From NCBI RefSeq assembly GCF_009914755.1, contig NC_060937.1: DNA of 64,000 nt; one strand, 5' to 3'. A model generated the notes under the pieces. That model was not told the DNA's origin and made no database searches. It saw only the letters and a list, made by a program, of their open reading frames with translations. Position 1 is the stretch's first letter. Each line of letters opens with the position of its first letter. Shown here in pieces: positions 17,994 to 35,062 of this stretch. This DNA comes from the human T2T-CHM13v2.0 reference genome, Homo sapiens. Made by a program: the position numbers and the translations under genes.

Positions 17994-18428
17994 TTGTGCT
18001 GGTTTATTTTATGTGTCAACATGGCTAGGCTACAGTACCCAGTTATTCAGTCAAACACTAACCTAGGAGTTACTAGTAAGGTTTGCAGGTGTGATAACAT
18101 CTACTAAAAATGACTTGAAGTAGATTATCTTTGCTAATCTGGGTGGGCTTCATCCAATCAATTGAAAGTTCTTAAGAGAATAAACAAGTTTCCTTGAAGA
18201 AGAAAAAATTCCACCTGCAGACTGCAACATCAGCTCTTGCTCAAGAGTTTCCAGCCTGCTGGCCTGTCCTACAGTTTCAGACTTGCCTAGTCAGTCCCCA
18301 CAATCACATAAGCCAACTCCTGTCACAAATCTCTTGCTCTCCTTCTGTCTGTGTATATATGTATATACACATATATATATATATTTATATACTGGCACTG
18401 TTTCTCTGGTCTAACCCTGATTAATGCA
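17994..18428 (+). mobile_element. MLT2 (ERVL) solo LTR
   Basis: TTTTATGTGTCAAC..GGCTAGGCTACAGTACCCAGTTATT...(TA)n...TGTTTCTCTGG..AACCCTGATTAAT. Confidence 0.8.
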
Positions 18429-18834
18429 CCTCTTTTTTCCTTTGTGATACTTATCTCAATTTGGGATTATATACTTTGCATTTATTATGTATATTCCAAT
18501 ATTCACAGTTAGACTATAGGCTTTATGGACATATGTGAGTAATTCCAGAAGTAGAATTTCTGGTCAATGATTATACACATTTGGAAGATGAAAAATATTG
18601 CTAACTTACCGTCTTCAGAGGTTGTACCAATTACACTCTTACTAGATCATAGCCTTCATGTCTTTTGTATTACTATGTGTTCCTGGCACATAGTAGGTGT
18701 TCAATAGATATAAACAGACGGAATTCTAGGAAAAGAAACACAAATTAAGGCAAAAAGACATAAAGGTATGCTACATTGGGAAGTTTTTTGTTTGACTAAA
18801 TCACTTTTTCTTTTAGTTCCCCTTTCCTCTACAG

Positions 18835-18916
18835 GTGACTTGAAAATTTGGAATAATTCACAACCTGGTGCTTATTCAGCAGCAACAGCAGCAGCAGGCA
18901 GAACTCTGAGTTTGGG
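18835..18916 (+). ncRNA. Candidate exon (82 nt)
   Basis: Branch-like TGACTAA, pyrimidine tract ..cctttcctctacag|, donor GGG|gtaagc. Confidence 0.45.
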
Positions 18917-21071
18917 GTAAGCCCTCAGTTTGAACACAAACTCTGTGACATTCAAGCTGTCCAACCTTGGGCAGATCCTTAGCCTCTATCATCCTCAGCT
19001 TCCACATCTTTGTGGAAATGAAGCTGATGACCTTCCAGACTGGAGTGAAGATCAGGAGATAAAGCACCTGGTCCATTATGCACTGTGGACATGGGGATTA
19101 TAATAAGGTCTTCCCTGCAAATTTGGGAACAGAAAGCAACAATGTGCTCTAAAAACAATGGAAATTGAGCACATAAAGCACCTGAGCAGAGACATAAGGT
19201 GACCATGAAGAGACCAGCAGGATATCAACCAAGCTGAAGTTGGTAAAACACCTAAAGGAGGATATGACAACTAGAAGGGGATTGTCAGACACAAAGCCTA
19301 GAAAAAGCAGAGTTAGAGACAAAGTGAGGCTGTGCCTCTGAAGGCATGTCCCATCAGGCCCCAAAATTCAGCCCAAAAGGTCATTCCAATCATGAGAACA
19401 CATCCATCTGGCTGCCTGAACTTAATACTGTTCTACTTTTGAATTACATAAACAGCCCTTTTTGTTCAGATTCCACATTGACCAAAACCTTTCTGATAGT
19501 TTGGGGTCCTATTTGGCCTGTCCACAGGGAATTTTCTCCGGTCAGGCTCACCTGGCCAGCCAGCTCTCCTGACCCGGCATCCCACTCAAACACCTGTGTT
19601 CTCTTTTATTTTAGAGGTTAGGCAGGACAATCTGACCCAGATGGGGGAGGAAATTGCAATCATGTTTTTGTCTAATTCACAGCTCTAATTAGGGGATAAG
19701 AGAAAAATAGAGCATGAGAAGAAATGGTCCAAGAGCTGGAAAATTTGTAAAAGCACCCACATCCCTATGGGGAAGGCACCCTTGTGAACTTTGCCTCTAC
19801 AGCTAAGCTGACCTCATATCAACTCTGCAAGGAAGACAGGGCAAGCACTTCACATTGTATTTATTTATTTACTTATACCCAGCTTATTCCTTAAAGGACT
19901 TAAGGCAAGCAGGCTTTAAGGGCCATCTTCCCTGACTAGTGATAAAACTAAGTGATAAAAATAAGTTTGTCCAGAATCACATACTTTTTATATAAAAGTC
20001 CAGAGACCAAACCATGACTTTCTTAGTCTAGGTCAAAGCTCTTGCCAAGGAACCAAACTGAAGATGAGAAAAGAGTGCATTTGTTCTAAACAGAATGCTG
20101 AATTCAGAAGACTTAAGGATGGCTTTAGATTAGGACTGAAGTTTGTAATCTGTGATTCAGTTTTTGTGCTTTTGTAATTTCCTTATTCCAGTCTTTTGAA
20201 TTCTTTTAGATTTTTTATTTATTGTAAAATAGAAGACGTTTGATTCCAGCCATAACAGAGTAGCTTATATTGAGCTAACCCTCCCGTTGAAAACAACTGT
20301 ACCAGATGGACTAAGTACATAGCACAACATTTGAAAGCATTGGAGGGCAACCAAGACAGATGATCCCTAAGAGAAGGGAGGCACATCAAAGTGATCTCTA
20401 TACTCACCCTGGCCCAACTCACAGGTCAGGGAATAAAGTAAGTGGCAGTTCCATTAGGCTGAAGAGACGGATTAGAGTTTAAAGCTGCTCAAGTGGCTGC
20501 GACTTGATGGTAAAATCTCAAGGAGGAGAGAGTTGCAGAGAAATAAACCCAAAAGGCTACATTCAATCTCCCCTTGAGATGTCTGCAAACTCCTAAGCTG
20601 AGCAAGCACAAGCAGAGACTGCAGGAGAACCAAAAGAAAAGCAGCAGCTAGGAGGCTGGAGAGCTGGGCAAAGATTTTTGCAGCAGCATGGTACTGAGAA
20701 GATAGAAAAACAAAGCCCACCAAGGTGAATAGGTAAAAACTATTGGTTGAAACCCCGAGAAAGACCTGTGAATAGTCACTGCACTCCAGGCTGGGCAACA
20801 GAGTGAGACCCCCTCTTAAAGCTGATAACCAATAAGTTAAAACAAGAGAGGAAAAAAAGGAATAATAAAAGTACTTGATTCTCTCCCCTCAAAAAGCAAG
20901 AAAGGAGAAATAAAGAACAGAAATAGAAACAAGTTAACAAGGTAATAGAGTTAAACATAAATATTTCAATAATTACATTAAATGTTAATGGATTAGTACC
21001 CCAATTAGAAGATCAGAATTACTTTAAGACAAAAAGAAAAATACGTATTCTGTTTACAAGAGACTCAATTT

Positions 21072-21367
21072 AGGCTGGGCGCAGTGGCTCATGCCTGAAA
21101 TCCCAGCACTTTAGGAGACCAAGGAGGGTGGTTTACTTGAGGCCAGAAGTTCAAGATCAGCCTGGCCAACATGGCAAAACCCTGTCTCTACCAAAAATAT
21201 AAAAATTAGCCAGGCATGGTGGTGCATGTCTGTAATTCCAGCTACTCAGGAAGCTGAGGCAGGAGAATCGCTTGAGTCAGGAGGCAGAGATTGTAGTGAG
21301 CCAAGATCACGCCACTGCACTCCAGTCTGGGTGACAGATGAGACTGTCTCAAAAAAAAAAAAAAAAA
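21072..21367 (+). mobile_element. Alu (AluSz/Jb-like)
   Basis: Full dimer; TSD AGAGACTCAATTTA. Confidence 0.9.
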
Positions 21368-21431
21368 GAGAGAGAGAGAGACTCAATTTAAATAGAAGAC
21401 ACAAAGTTTAAAGAAAAAGAATGGAGACATG

Positions 21432-21920
<489 letters not shown>

Positions 21921-22624
21921 GAATAGGAGAAACAAAATGCCATGCCATGCCAACAGTAACAAAAAAAAAAGCTGGTAGAGCTGTATTAATATCAGACAGC
22001 ACAGACTTTAGAGCAAGAAATATCTCTAAAGAAGGATGTCTCATAATGATAAAAAGATCAATTAACCGTCCTAAATTTAAATATACCTAAGAATTTATAA
22101 TTTATAAATCTTTTAAAAAATGTTACCCAGCATGGTTTCAATACATATTAAGCAAAGTTGGCAGAACTAAAAGGAGAAATAGACAAATCCACCATCATTA
22201 TTAGAGATTGTTTCAATAGCTGATAGAACAAGCAGACAAAAAAATCAGTAAGGATATATAAGATTTGAATAACAGAAGTAACTAAATTGACCTAGTTGAC
22301 ATACATATATAGAACACTGCACTTGAAAAATGCAGACTAAATACTGTTTTTCAAGAGCACATGAATACTTATCAAAATGGACCATATGCTAGCGTGTAAA
22401 GCAAGTCTCAAAAATTTCAAAGGACTGAAATTGTATGAAGTGTGTTCTCTGACTACAATGGAATCCAACTAAAAATCTATAACAGGAGGATAACTAGAAA
22501 CCCCTCCCAACAAGTGTTTGAAAATTAAGCAACATATTTTTAAATAGCACATAAGTCTAAGAAGAAATAGCAATAAAATTAGAAAATATTTAAAACTAAA
22601 TAATAATAAAAATAAGGCATATCA

Positions 22625-22950
<326 letters not shown>

Positions 22951-23086
22951 GGGGGGGTGGTTAAAAAGAAATTCATAGCTTCAAATGTATACATTTGAGA
23001 AAAAGAATGATTGCAAATTCACATGATTTAAGCTTCTATCTTAAGAAGCTAGGAAGAGAACAGCAAATTAAACCCGAAGGAAGTCA

Positions 23087-23660
<574 letters not shown>

Positions 23661-23859
23661 TCACCATGAAGTATGATCTTAGCTGTAGGCTTTTTGTAGA
23701 TGCTCTTTATCAAGTCGAAGAAGTTCTCTCTATTCCTAGTTTGATGAGAGTTTTTATCATGAATAAGTGTTGGATTTTGTCAAATGTTTTTTCTGTATCA
23801 ATTGATATGATCATATGATTTTTTTTTTTTTAGCCTGTTGACATGGTGGGTGACATTGA

Positions 23860-24157
<298 letters not shown>

Positions 24158-24329
24158 TGATTGATTTTTGAATGTTGAGCCAGCCTTATATATCTGGTAT
24201 AAATCCCACTTGGTCACAGTATACAATTCTTTTTATATAGTGTTGGATTCAATTTGTTAATATTTTGTGTTAGAATACTTTTGCATCTATGTTCACGAGA
24301 GATACCGCTGTGTAGTTTTTCTGTTTGTC

Positions 24330-24467
24330 TTTTTTTTTTTTTTTTTAAATAAGAGATAGGATCTCGCCATGTTGCCCAGGCTGGCCTCGAATTCCTGGGC
24401 TCAAGTGATCCTCCCACCTCAGCCTGCTAACTAGCTGGGACTACAGATGTGTGCTATTGTGCCTGGC
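24330..24467 (-). mobile_element. FLAM monomer
   Basis: Poly-T plus single Alu arm. Confidence 0.75.
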
Positions 24468-24757
24468 AGTTTTTCTTTCTTGTAATCTCTTTATCTGGTT
24501 TGGAGATTAGGGAAGAACAGATTAGGAAGTAATGGTTTGTTTCAAAACATTCCCTGAACCTGGACTATGCTAAGGAGTGATCTTTCTGAGATCTGGATGG
24601 CCCTAGTTGGAAGGCCTGGGAAGACCTGGTAGGAATGGAACAGAAAACTAGGTAAAGATCTCAGACGTAAAGATTGTCGGGGAGTAGCCATAGTTATTTG
24701 CTCCCCTGCTAGGTTAATATCGCATTGGGAAGGTTATATACACATTTATGAATATTA

Positions 24758-25065
<308 letters not shown>

Positions 25066-25278
25066 ATAAACATTAACAGTGGAAGACAGTATATTGGCCA
25101 AAAAACCCCCCAGAAACCAAAAACACCTTAGAGACAGTAAATGATGTAGGATTTGAGAATGGGATGTTGGTAAAGTCTTTCTTCTTCTAAACTAAGTTTA
25201 CGGTTTCTTTACCTCTTCTCCCACCTATATGGCTGAGGATGGAGGAATGAATATGTGAAACACTGCCATGATTCAGCT

Positions 25279-25279
25279 G

Positions 25280-25310
<31 letters not shown>

Positions 25311-25604
25311 GAGACGGAGTCTCGCTCTGTCGCCCAGGCTGCACTGCTGGAGTGCAGTGGCGCGATCTGGGCTCGGCTTACTGCAAGCTCCGCCTCCCGG
25401 ATTCACGCCATTCTCCTGCCTCAGCCTCCCGAGTAGCTGGGACTACAGGCGCCCGCCACTACGCCCGGCTAATTTTTTATATTTTTTAATAGAGACGGGG
25501 TTTCACTGTGTTAGCCAAGATGGTCTCGATCTCCTGACCTTGTGATCCGCCCGCCTCGGCCTCCCGAGTGCTGGGATTACAGGCGTGAGCCACCGCGCCC
25601 GGCC
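25279..25604 (-). mobile_element. AluY with small internal insertions
   Basis: CpG-rich; AluY diagnostics (TTCACGCCATTC, GCAAGCTCC); TSD ATGATTCAGC. Confidence 0.9.
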
Positions 25605-26061
25605 ATGATTCAGCATTTTATGCTCGGGGAAACATAAACACACTACAGTAAAATCATATTAATTTGAGTTCCTAAAAATCAGACACATTATTGTATTCCA
25701 CGTTGACAAAGGCGTACCTTTGTAACATGGAGATAGAGACTGCTAATGAAGTTAATGGTGTAAGCAAAATTGTGTTGGAGGTAGAATTGAAAGAAGGAAG
25801 GATTTGGACTTATTTAAAAAGAATAAACGCTTCAAGCCCGTTAATAATTATGGTAAAGCCCCATTAAGTTGGACTGTACCAATTTGGCATTTGTGCCAAA
25901 ATTCATGCTAGTGCTGAATTTTACCTAGGCTAAACATATCTTTCTTCAAGATAAAAAGGTATTTTAAAGGCTCTTTCTCCGATTTCTCAAAACACCATTA
26001 AAAACAAATTAATTGTTCCTTTATAGGATATTCTTACTTCATAGAATATCCTCTATTTTAA

Positions 26062-26429
<368 letters not shown>

Positions 26430-26799
26430 AAGCAAACTGAATTTTAAGATACATGATAATTTTGGAAATAATAAATGTGAATAATGTCCATTTTAAGATT
26501 AAAGATATTCTGTAGCCCACCTCTCCTTGCTCAGCTTTAGACCCTTATAATCCACCTACTTGTTGGACACATCCACTTCTGTTTCGATGCCCCTGAAATT
26601 CAATTCATTATTCTGTCAATCCCCTTACCCTAAACTGCTTTCATTCCTCTTACCCATTTCTATTTCCGTTATCAAAACTTTGCTCAAGTCAGAAAGCTTG
26701 GCTCCTTCTTTCCTCTCACCCTCCACATCCGATCAACCACCAAGTTCTGTCCACTTTACCTCCGAGATATGTTGAGAACCCACCCACTCTCTCACATGA

Positions 26800-27503
<704 letters not shown>

Positions 27504-28014
27504 ACAGTCTTTTCCAAAATCTGTACTTGAGATCTTTTTAATAGACATCAAGACCTTTAGAATAAAGTACCAGATCCTTATTATGGCATCCAAGGCCCTT
27601 GTGATGGGAGCCAGTGCTTGGTTCTGCATCATCTCCCTCCACTTGCCTCCTTGCTCAAGAAACTCCAGCTGTCTTGACTTCTTTCAGTTCCTCAGTCATT
27701 CATAGAATGCGCTGTCACACTATGCACACATCTTACCAAAAGGTTCCTTCCTCAAGAAGGCACTTTCTGAGCCCCAGATTAGACTGAGTCCCACTGCTCT
27801 ATGCTCCCACTACACACAGGTCCCTCACAGTCATAACACTCATCACTGTTACAATCATCATTCAAATCCACCTTCCTCACTAGAGTGCAAACTATGTTCC
27901 TGCACTGCACTTAATGCCTGGCACACAGTAAGCTCTCCCTAAAATGTAGGTAAATACATTAAAAAGTAATGTCATTAAAGAATAAATATTACCAAAGAGT
28001 AAGCATTCACATAC

Positions 28015-28592
<578 letters not shown>

Positions 28593-28889
28593 CATTTATC
28601 CATTCCAATAATCCTAGAAGGAATTATATTCAGTAAACTGAGGGATACATACAGTAAGAGTCCCCAGAATTTGAGTAATGTAAAGGTCACTGTCTTGAGA
28701 TGGAACTACTAAAAAAGCATAAAATCAGCTGTCAGCTGAAGTTGCCCTTCCTTCAGTGATGAATTGAATATAAGCTGCTGTTGATACAGCTTTGGGAATC
28801 ATCCAGATGAATTGAGGTAGCAGAATGCATCTTCGGGTCCAGACTCCGAGATTAAATGAGATAATGCTCACTATGAGCATTTAGAAAAC

Positions 28890-29178
28890 TTTTTTTTTTG
28901 AGGCGGAGTCTTGCTCTGTCTCCCAGGCTGGAGTGCAGTGGCGCAATCTCGGCTCACCGCAGGCTCTGCCCCCCCGGGTTCACGCCATTCCTGCCACAGC
29001 CTCCCGACTGGCTGGGACTACAGGCGCCCGCCACCATGCCCGGCTGATTTTTTGTATTTTTAGTAGAGACGGGGTTTCACCGTGTTAGCCAGGATGGTCT
29101 CGATCCCCTAACCTCGTGATCTGCCCCCTCGGCCTCCCACAGTGCTGGGATTACAGGCGTGAGCCACGGCGCCCGGCC
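28890..29178 (-). mobile_element. AluY
   Basis: CpG-rich, TTCACGCCATTC, GTGTTAGCCAGGATGG; TSD TAGAAAAC. Confidence 0.9.
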
Positions 29179-29499
29179 TAGAAAACCTTCAAGTGTGATA
29201 TTGGTGGCATGACTACTGTTATTATTAGTAGAGTAATTCCATTACCCAGTCAATATTATAATCTGATTGTCTGAAGCAACGTAATTGCATGTACACACAA
29301 GGATCTAGCAGAAGGGCAGAGGAACTGAAAAGCTGGGAGGGCAGGCATTAGTAATGTTTATCCAGCACCATCCAAACAAGAGGCATGTGCCTGAGAGACA
29401 ACACAGGTAAAACTCATAGAACAAAGTTTCTCCTGAGACCCTACAAATACCTTGGCTCTAATTGTCACTGTGACTATACAGTGGTAAGTTAGATAAGTT

Positions 29500-30345
29500 A
29501 GTGGTAAGTAGTTCCTGCCCTCATGTCCAGAGGGGAGACGGACAACAAATAATCACACAAATAAAAATATAATTGCATCTTGTGCTACTTACTGTGTTAG
29601 AGGATTAGGAAAGTCTTTTCTTAAACTTTAAGTGGAGCTAGGAGTTAACCAGATGATGGGTTGAGGGGAAAGCTGTAAAGCAGAAGGTAGTAAAGAGCTT
29701 AGTGTATCTGAGGATCTGGAAAGGCCGATACGGATTGGAAGGGATCAAGGGAGAGAAGAGCACACAGGAAATGAGCCTGGAAAGGTAGGCAGGGACCAGG
29801 TCACAAAGGCCCTTAGTGGCCACTTGGAGATAGTTTGGATTTATTTTGAATATGATATGTAAGGATAAAATTATATATGATGAGATTTGCGCTTTAAAAA
29901 GATCCTTTGGTTGCTGTGTGAAAAATTGATTGGAGGCCAGGTGCAGTAATTCACGCCTGTAATCCCAGCACTTTGGGAAGCCCGAGGTTGGTGGATACTT
30001 GAGTCCAGGAGTTTGAGATCAGCCTGGGCAACATGGTGAAACCCCATCTCTACTAAAAATACAAAAATTAGCCAGGTGTAGTGGCACGCACTTGTAGTCT
30101 CAGCTACTCAGGAGCCTGAAGTGGAAGGATCATCTGAACCTGGGGAGGTCAAGGCTGCAGTGAGCCATGATTGCTCCACTGCACTCCAGCCTGGGTGACA
30201 GAGTGAGATCTTGTCTCAAAAACTATATAAATAAATAAATAAAAATTTTAAAAAATGGTTTGGAGGGGTCATTAAATTAGAGATGGTGAGACCAGTTGGG
30301 AGAATTTTGCAATAATCTAATCACAGGATAATAGTTCATGATGAT
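29500..30345 (-). mobile_element. L2 fragment interrupted by an Alu
   Basis: TCCTGCCCTCATG...GGCAGGGACCAGGTCAC...TTAAAAAGATCCTTTGGTTGCTGTGTG. Confidence 0.65.
29934..30245 (+). mobile_element. Alu (AluJb)
   Basis: GGAGGTCAAGGCTGCAGTGAGCCATG J-type right arm. Confidence 0.9.
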
Positions 30346-30849
30346 CTCTTGTTCCCATCAGTTTATAATTTAGTTTTGCCTAAGCACTTTCTTTGTTCTA
30401 TGGTGTTCCCTTTGAGATCACAGATGTCTACATTTATTCACAAGCTTGTGATGACTTGTAGGGATCTATTCTTGAAAGGTAGAAAGAGCTCTTCTTAATT
30501 GCAATTCTATGCCCTGAATTTAATCTCATTCCTGTCTGTCACTCACTGATTCTGCAGTTTTAACTAAATTGCTTAAGCTTTCATAGTCACTTTTTCCTCT
30601 GTACAATGGGGATAATAATCTCTGCTGTGTTTTAAAATAGAATTGCCATGATGGAATGGTCTGCTGTTTGTTTTGGCTAGCTACCTTACTGGAGTCATGA
30701 CGGAGGAAGAAATGATTATGAAGTTGTTCCAGTTAAGAAACCTGATTTTATTAACCCATCCGGAGTTGATAGGCTGTAGGAATCTGACTGATGAGAACAT
30801 AACTCACAAGAGACTGGTGGTTCTCTTTGCTTCTTTTCTACATTTTCTC

Positions 30850-31280
30850 CCTAGGTGACTTCTCTAATCCTAAGGGCTTTAAATGCTTTTTATACACCAG
30901 TGACCTCCAAATGTCTGGGACAGTCTGGACCTCTCTACTAATCTTCATTGCCATATACCTAAATGGCCACTTGGCATTTCTCCTGGGAGTTCCCATATGC
31001 TTCTTAAACTTAACATATTCAAATTGAACTCATGTTCACTCCATAATACCTGCATTCCCAGCCAGAGCCACATCTAATCTATTCCCCCTTTACCTTTGCT
31101 CATTTTAATGAATGGATCGTATCTCTTCAACCCAATTGCTTAAGCTGGAATCCTGGACTGTTCCTTCATGCTCCTTCTCTGCATCCAATCTATCTCCAGC
31201 TCTTTTAATCCTGTCTCCTAAACCTATCATCAATCTACCCCCTTTTACTACCACTCTTGTCCAAGTTACCTTCTACCTTT
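30850..31280 (+). mobile_element. L2 fragment
   Basis: TTTAAATG..TATACACCAGTGACCTCCAAATG...AAACTTAACATATTCAAATTGAACTC. Confidence 0.55.
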
Positions 31281-32813
31281 CAAGAATAGATCCCTACAGA
31301 CATCACAACCTTGTGAAGAAATGTAGACATCTGTGATCCTGAAGGAAGACCAGAGAACAAAGAAAGCTCTTAGGCAAAACTAAATTATAAATCAGTGGGA
31401 AGAAGAGATCATCATGCACTCAGGAAGCTAATGCAGCCTCCATACATATGTGTACTGTGAAGGATAAGAAGGAATTAGAGTAGGTGAATGGAGAGGGGCA
31501 AAAGTCTCAGGTTTAAGGACATAATTCACCAAAACACAGGGCACACAAGGGGCAGGCCTTACCAAAAAAAGCCAGTGACCAGTGAGCTATGGCTCAGTGC
31601 AGAAGGATTGGCAGGATCTGTCAAGAGCAGGAGATAAGGAAGTAGAGGCACAACAGACTTACCTTTCCTGGACTACAGAGTCTGTATGGGTGACTACGTA
31701 AACATATTTGGATAACTGGAGTAGGACCAGATTATGTCTGCCTGGAAAGCCACGTTGAAAACGTTGAATTTAATTTCATAGTCTACAAAGTGGCTGTATA
31801 GATTATTGAAGAGGGAGAATATATAACAAAATTTTGGAAAAATTACTATGTTGGTGGTGCTCTAGGTAAGATAAAGAAGGGAAGGACTGGAATCCCAGAG
31901 GAAAACTAGGAGGCTCTTAGCCTAATAAATCAGTGGCTTTTGAAACTTTCCTTAGGAGAGAACACTTTCTGAAAATGAAATCTTATGTGAAATACTAGTG
32001 GTATAAAGCAGACAAAAAACCTGGGTTGTTAAAGTAAGCATGGTTTATGTTATAGTTTTAAACATATAACCTGCGTTTATAATAGAGTCGACCAAAAGAT
32101 AAAGAAAACCGATTAAATAAACATAAACATTTTAATTCTGGGGGTGATGGAAGATAGCTGCATCTTGCATTAGCTTTAGCATCCAAGTATCCAATTTATT
32201 TCTGAATTTTATTTTGGTTTTACAGTACTAAGAAAAATCCTGATTCACTTTGATTCACATGATAAGTACTTACATATGGTAATTTTTATTTTTATTTTTG
32301 TATTTTACAATTTTCCTGCAATCCCAAGGTACCCTTCAATTAAACTAACTCAGAAGGTAGTGTCATAGGAATTTTTGTTTCCATAGTAAAAATATGAATA
32401 GCAAGAAGCCTCCAAAGCAAGAACAACGACAAAAAAAAGTGGTCATCTATAGCGTGAAGTGATCATGACAGGCCATGGCATAGGCCATTTGCTCCTGCCC
32501 AGTCAATGTGGCAAGAGAGTGACAGTGCTTGAAAGATGCTATGGAGCCTGGCTAGGCATTTAATCAGGCGCAGTGTGCCTGCACAGTAGTAATGGCTTCA
32601 TTTGCAGTTTTATAGGAGCAGACGTGCACAGTCTGAAAGTGAGAAAACAACAGTCTACTATGTCAACTTTCCCAATATTGAAGACTTTAGGCTTTACATT
32701 TATGTTAGGATCTGCTGGCGTCACAATTCTTTTTTTCATTTGGATTACCCTAAGACTCAAAACTAATGTAGGTGGGGAGTTGGAGGAGAAGAGGAGGCGT
32801 CAGGTCTGAGATA

Positions 32814-33130
<317 letters not shown>

Positions 33131-34560
33131 AGGTCTGAGATATTTTTCTAGCTAACAGAAGAGTCTCCGTAATTTATTTAGTGATAGGCTTGGATTAACA
33201 CAAATCATGTACTCACCAAGTGAGCAAATTCCATTCCATAGTACAATGTATTCCAAATTACATATCCAATGTTGAAGGAACTTTGTATTTAAAAGATAAC
33301 TTGAAAGGTGCTCATAATTCATCTCGTCAGATTAATGAAGGGTGTTTTGAGTCACTTATATTCCAGAAATTTCAGAACCATAAGGAGTATAGAAACTGTG
33401 GGGAATAAGTGTCATTTACATTTAAACATATTTAGGCTCTATCTTTTGATATTGTGGAGGTTTATTCATTTGTTTTTAGGTCTTGGGCAGGAAAGGAATC
33501 TTTAGAAGTAGAAAAAACTATTTACACTTACTGGGATAGCAAATTAATATTCCATTTTTATTACACAATTAAGAATCTAGTTTTTCTTGAGTTTAAATTA
33601 CTAATCTTGTTATGCAAATGAAGAATAATTCACTTTTCTATGATTAATATTTGGTGAGCTGATATTAAAGAAACTAAATTTAATTAAACAATTCAGTACC
33701 ATTTACAAAGTAGATAATTAAATCTCCTTAAACATTTTAAACTGTATTTATAAATTTAACAAGTCAGTTTTTATTTTAAACATTTCAAATGCCTGAAGAG
33801 CTAACTTATAACCTAATAAGCAAAACCTCCCCCAAGTACTTAAATAATTCTTATCAACCTAACACATCAAATGTACAAATATGGCAAATTAAACTCCCTT
33901 AAACATTCCAATTTCTCAGAAAAAGCAAGAGTATTAATACTGAACCAAATGGGGAAATTGGAAAGGGAAGACGGTGTCGTAGAGCTATGCTGATAGCAAC
34001 CTTTAAAGTTGTACTATAAGGAATTGAAACTAAGAGTTCTGGAACTGTGGTTCTCTGAAATCAGAATCACTGAGTCCCTTGACATACAGTTGCCCAAGTC
34101 CCACCCGAGACCTACTAAATCTCATCTACTATAAATATTTTGAAAACATTCCCTGTTTCCTGATATTGTCCAACTCCCCAAACTCCCTACTCCATACTCC
34201 CCTGTCTGTGCCCCATATATTATACCTTCTGCCTAGCTGACTCACTGGCTGGAGCGCAGAGAAAAGCTGCTGTGGAAATGCAGATTTGACAGTGATCACC
34301 TGGAGAGAATAGTGTGTCCCTTCATAAGCAACTTCCATAGAGCAGATGGTTAGTTAGAGAGTCTAGCACTGACGCTTGGGAGGACACCCATAGTGAGGGG
34401 AGAGAAAGAAGATAAGCCTGAAAAATAAATGATAGCACTTTATATCTACCTATAGCTCTAGGACAAAATTACAAAGTCCTAAAACCATTTTTCCTTAGTA
34501 CATATGTGAAACTAAGGCCTGAGTTTTACTTGCCAAATATATACAAGGGAACTGACTTCT

Positions 34561-34876
<316 letters not shown>

Positions 34877-35062
34877 ACAAGGGGACTGACTTCTAAAAGT
34901 TCATGGAAAATGCATTTAATGAGAAAACTATGTGTAGATTTCAAATTTTTTTTGCACTAAAAGAAGCTCATACTAATTTGTTATAGCATGTCTGAACGGG
35001 ATCTCCTTGAGGCACTAAGAAGGATGAAATATCAGTTTGAAAAGAGCCTCTATCAGAGCAAC

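Noticed and set aside
18877-18897. CAG repeat as a polyglutamine tract
   Set aside because: Only 7 interrupted units, and the open frame reads Ala/Thr rather than Gln
28750-28820. Possible C/D snoRNA (GTGATGA box C)
   Set aside because: No CTGA box D at a suitable distance and no terminal stem
30673-30858. Short unique-sequence ORF or possible exon (MTEEEMIMKLF... or LPYWSHDGGRNDYEVVPVKKPDF...)
   Set aside because: No recognisable homology, weak acceptor, no clear donor
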